A DNA stretch of 63,668 nt, filler included, from Octopus bimaculoides (Eukaryota), in assembly GCF_001194135.2 (NCBI RefSeq). It is 4 parts of 4 records of this genome, joined end to end, with 100 filler letters (N's around TTAATTAATTAA, not from the genome) between each part and the next. Parts side by side here need not be neighbours in the genome. Positions count along the whole stretch, not along the records: positions 56,359 to 63,668 come from NC_068991.1; 3 more parts are not named here. One strand, written 5' to 3'. Both the position numbers and the translations under genes were made by a program. This document shows, piece by piece, positions 58,776 to 63,668 of the stretch. Under the pieces are notes generated by a model. It searched no databases and had not been told where the DNA came from. It saw nothing but the letters and a program-made list of their open reading frames with translations. The first letter of the stretch is position 1. Every line of letters starts with the position of its first letter.

Positions 58776-59399
58776 AATCATTGTTGTTGTTTGATACAAG
58801 ACTCCAGGTTCATTAAAAAGCGAGGTTAGTAGTAATTTTCTGAAGGCGTTGTCTCCCTATATGAGTCAGCTTCAGGAAACATTGCAATCGACGGAATCTT
58901 TATCTTATGTATATCGGGAAAATGAAACAAAATCATCCACACCAAAGGAACGGACAAAACAATACTGGCAATCAATGAGAGACATGGAGTGAGAGAGAGC
59001 ATGAGCCAGGCACAGGAAATCTTTTTGAGAAACAGGCTGCATGAGACATGGCTCATCATCAGGAGGGCCGCACTACTAAAAGATACGAGGTAATATTTCT
59101 TTAGATGGAGGCGGCTAGCTGGCAGAATCGTTTGAATGTTGCAATTGACAGAGAAACGAACAAAACACTTGGCAGTATTTAGTTGCGTTCTTTAATATTA
59201 TCGGAAATCCCCCGATCTGTGGATTGATTTTTGCTTGTCTTCTGCCTGGGGTTGATAAAACAGCTCCCAGTAAAGTACTAATCTCGATTTAATCGACTGT
59301 TCCATTCTGCTGACTTTTTTCTCACTTTGTGAAAGTAGTGAAAATCGTTGTCATTAGTCATTTTATTGTTGGAGTTCGAATTCCGGTGGAATCGATTTT

Positions 59400-60000
59400 G
59401 TTACCAATCAAGTATTGGCCTTCTCGTGCTATGATATTTATGTTTTTTTAATGTTTTTTTTTCTATTAATATACTTAGCGTACCAATTAGTATTGTTGCC
59501 ATTTTGTTTTTCATTTACCAAATGCAGGTTATTTCCATTTTGAGATTCTTGTAATTTGATAGCCTTTTCCCCCACTTCCTTCCGTTCAATGTTTTAGAGA
59601 GAAGAAATTTCTTCTTCCTTTTCTTCTTCTTCTTCTTCTTCTTCTTCTTCTTCTTCTTCTTCTTCTTCTTCTTCTTCTTCTTCTTCTTCTTCAAATATAT
59701 GTTAGGTTTGATCTCCTTTGTTAGTCTGACCGGAAATGTCTCAGACTACTGTACGCATGTCATTGTCACAGATCGGATTTGGTACGTGCTTTTAGCATTT
59801 ATTTTCGGTTTTGATGTGGAAGTGTCGACATATTTCCTAATGGATATAGCTGCCTACCCTGCCATGCCTGTGGACATATTCTACTTTTGCAGGAACTTGT
59901 CAACCGGAAATGAGTCAGTCAGTTTTTTTTTTCATGTTGACTGCATAAACTGCAGTTGATGTTGGTCTCTCGTTTTATAATTTCAGCTCATAAATTCTTT
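59400..60000 (-). mobile_element. Heavily decayed RLE LINE 3' region interrupted by (GAA)n
   Basis: NCSLCSQHEKKTD*LISG*QVPAKVEYVHRHGRVGSYIH*EICRHFHIK...V*DISGQT, then the 59609-59692 tract, then NYKNLKMEITCIW*MKNKMATILIGTL. Confidence 0.7.
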
Positions 60001-62225
60001 TTTTATATGGATAACAATTGACGGTGTGCAGCTAAAATCGAATTTTTTTCTGAACTTTTGAACAAGTGCTGGTTTTCTTATATCCAATTTCATCTCTGTT
60101 CAATCGTGCCGGATCTTGAATATGATGGGCTTTTCTCTAGTTCTTTTTTTTTCTATTGTGTGCTTTTGGAGTTTCTTTTTCAATTAACTTCTTTTTTTCC
60201 TTTTTGAAACATTTTTGTTGTGTCTGCTTACTTTAAATTTCTCTTCAGTGTACTTATCATGTAATTTATATTTTATATTTTTCTATAAATATAGAAAAGT
60301 TATTTTTATCATGTTTCCATAGTGTACCAACCAATCTTTCTCTGCTTGCGGCTATAGAAACTCCTTCAATGATATTCAGAGTGATATTACTTCGCAAAGA
60401 AGGCTTTCTTGCAGTTCGTATGCTTCACATAATTGTAAACTGGGATAAAACGTAGTCCGAGTTATTTAGTAACCTGAACTGGATCAAACATTTACTTTAC
60501 TGATTGGTCTGTGCGTTTCATGAGACATGATTTCTTGTATTCTATAGACGGTTAGGTTACTGCATACGAGACGAAGTCACGGACTATACTGAGTTGTGCA
60601 AATCCTTCTTGTGGCTTTTTAAGTGTGGCAGAAATCTTTGGTCTGATTATGTTACTGAGCTACTGTACAGCACACTTGATCGAAGCCCCATAATCTTTTT
60701 CCAGTACCAAAATTAAATGCGATGTTATGGTTGGCTAGCAAAATGTTGATCACAAATAAATTTTGTGAAAGGTGGGTGCGAGTTTGGTGTGTATGAATGA
60801 TTCTTTATCCCCAAAGAAGTCAGATGTGTAGAAGCATTCTTGAGAACGTCCCGTTCAAGAAGGCTAATGACCAACTGGATCTACGCTGGCATTATGTGGG
60901 AGCAGCAGATAGATGAGGAGATGAAAAAGCCTCGCAACCCGTTCAGCCAGTTCCATCTGGCTGGGTTTCCGAAGTTTGCCATTGTAGAGAAATCAAAACA
61001 CTCGCGAGACATGAATTCCTAGACTACAAAAGGATTTCTAAATTTGATGTTTCACGTGTTAAAGAAATTGTGGAAGCAACATTGAAAGCAGTGCGGTTGT
61101 CATAACACCATGCATTTATCTGAAGTCTTGGGTTCGAGTCTTTCTGGGTTCTTACATCTTTGTTCTTTCTCATGCAAATATTCTATTATATTAAACACGT
61201 TTCGCTTTCGTTACAAATGTAATCACACACACACACACACACGCACGTGCGCGCGCACATCTCAAATCTATCAGGAATCTATATCGATATATCATCTCTG
61301 GCGTATATTTTCTTTACTCGACTGTAATTTTTTATTCTTATTAATTTTCTCTCTTCGATAGAATATTTGCAAACTTATATTCCACGCTATGCTTTTGCAA
61401 AGTTCCAAAGCAATAAATAACTTCACCAGCTACATACAAACTTTGTTAGTGCATGCAACAACTTTCAATCATAGGTGTTCAGTAAGTTCTCAAAAATACT
61501 GGCGGCTGCTACATATCTCCATAACAGAATTCAACATCCCTAATAAATTCAGGAAATTATCCGTTATAGATATATTCTTTTATTCTTTTATAGCCCGAGG
61601 CTATAGTAGAAGACACTTGCCCAAGGTGTCACGCAGTGGGACTGAACTCGGAACCATGTGGTTGGTAAGCAAGCTACTTACCACACAGCCACGCCTGCGC
61701 TTATGAAAATAAACTTGATACATGATTTGATTCAACACTCGATTGCCGGGGTACTGTACCCTTTTATAACCCAACTTGTATAGTGTGTGCAATGCAGTTG
61801 TAGGTTACATATGAGATGTGGTATATCCGGTGTAGTGAATCTAGAGATCGTTCATAAACGTTTCTTTGTTTCCCTCCCTGTCATAGGTTTGTCTAAAATC
61901 ATTCTTCAGCTGTAATAACAGAAAGACCTAATCATCACATAACAATGCAAACAACAACAATAACAACAAGAATAACAACAAAAATAATAATAATCATTTC
62001 TACTAAAAGCACAAGGCCTGAAATTTTGGAGAATGGTTCCTACGTCTCTTGGATCGCGGACACAGTGCAATGGTTGGCTAGAAACAACGGTCTTTCTGCC
62101 GGTTGCACTTGGCGTATCAGTGACACTTTATCATAAATGAGCTCGAAACTCATCAAAGTAAGTTGGTGGGTATAGCTTTTCAGGCTGTTTATAATTTTGT
62201 CATAATTATATGTGGGAGAGTTTAA

Positions 62226-62420
62226 GGCGATGAGCTGGGAGAATCGTTAGCATGCCGTTCTGGGTTACGTTCTGGGTTTAAATTACACCGAGGTCGACTT
62301 TGCCTTTCATTCTTTTGAGATCGACAAAGTAAGTACCAGTTGAGTACTGAGGTCGATGTAATCGACTTAACACCTTCCACGAGTATGCTGGCTGTGTGCT
62401 AAAATTTGAAACCAATATTT
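62226..62420 (+). mobile_element. Family A SINE
   Basis: ggcgatgagctgggagaatcgttagc...gaggtcgactttgcctttcat. Confidence 0.75.
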
Positions 62421-63513
62421 GGAAGAGTATTTCATTGAAAAAGTCGCGAATGGCGACGAAAGGTCTTTGACAAACTAACTGATTGATTAACCGAATGATT
62501 AATCAAACAATTTATTATTTAGTTGGTTTTAAATAAATAACCAATTGACTAATATTAATTAAAAAGTGCCTGTGTTTATTAGTACAACGGTCCTCATGAG
62601 ATACAACAAAATCCATAACAAAACGTATTTCAACACACGAGTTCACATTAAAGATCTTGAAAACTAAATACAAAAATGAAATAATAATTTGGAAATCGAA
62701 GTGCCATCAACTTCAAGCCAGTTCCAAGAAGCTGAGTCTGAAATGCAGTTTCAACCCCTTTTTTTCTCATTCACCAATCATTCTCTGGGAAAACGATGAA
62801 CGTAACACAATTCCGTTTCTCTTTTACAAATTAACTAGAGACCTCATACTTAGTAGTAAGAAACTTCTGTATACAACTATGAAGGAGCGCTATGGAATAG
62901 ATCTACAGTACATTCGAGGTGACTGCGTGTCTTCTTTAAGATTCTCGTTGTAGCCATTTCGTATTCTCACATCACTAATATCACCGAGAAAGTCACGAAT
63001 ACGCAAACGTCCAGCTTTGAAGGCATGGTGGTGCTTATGTTCAGAATCAATATAAAGTAGTTAGATGCTTACTTGATAACTTGGCATTGATTTGCGCGCA
63101 CGAGATTAGATCTATCTAGTTGAAAAGAGATTCTTGGTTCAGCTGTTAATGTTGTGATTGATGTTGTTGGTATTGTTGTTGATGTGGTTGCCGGAGTTGT
63201 TGATATTGCTGTTTAGTACCGGATTAACACTTCTTAATTAGACCTATATTGAAGCACTCAAACTCTGACCAACTCATTTTTCTCCAAATATATAGTCAAC
63301 GAAGGAATTTGACCTACTATAAATAACAGCAGAATGTCTCTCTTATGTAAGTGTCTTTAATTATAACCCTGGGCCGACCAATGTCTTTTAGTTGAACTGG
63401 TGGCTGGAAATAATGAGGAAGTTCATAATAATGTGGTGTGTGAGTGTGTGTGCGCGCGCATGTGGTGTAGTGTAGTGTGTGTGTGTGTGTGCGCGCGCGC
63501 ATGTGGTGTAGTG

Positions 63514-63548
<35 letters not shown>

Positions 63549-63668
63549 CGAGTGTCTTTGTATTGTTTTTGTACGCTCTGCCGCTTGACTATCTATACTG
63601 GTTTGTTTACGTCCCCTATGACTTAGCGGTTAAGCAAAAGATGCCGGTAGAATAAATTCCAAACTTAC

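Noticed and set aside
62860-63240. Thr/Asn/Gln-rich and short open frames on the minus strand
   Set aside because: All frames are closed by stops near the candidate acceptors; the composition comes from degenerate (AAC)n.

Overview
Eukaryotic, AT- and microsatellite-rich genomic DNA, most likely from an octopus or other coleoid cephalopod (inference from repeat content and the two genes). It is not one contiguous locus. Three artificial 100-nt linkers (44 N + TTAATTAATTAA + 44 N at 21772-21871, 44143-44242, 56259-56358) join four segments. Segment 1 holds the only two genes I can build with consistent splice phases. The first is a 5'-incomplete Pif/BMSP-like chitin-binding + laminin-G protein (+ strand, 6 exons, 1458-8898). 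The second is a complete 40S ribosomal protein S15 (- strand, 5 exons, 152 aa, 5'TOP), converging tail-to-tail with it. RPS15 intron 4 hosts two tandem U29/snR71-type C/D snoRNAs. The rest is repeats: several SINE families, Tc1/mariner derivatives and MITEs, a 91-bp mini-Helitron, four RLE (R4/Dong-like) LINE fragments, RTE, Penelope and ORF1-like fragments, long palindromes and simple repeats. The most unusual structure is an LTR-like segment followed by a 33-nt CCA-bearing copy of the tRNA-Trp 3' end between 20-nt direct repeats (18490-18918). There is no CRISPR or prokaryotic system. Almost all entries in the supplied ORF track are microsatellite, N-gap or repeat artefacts.
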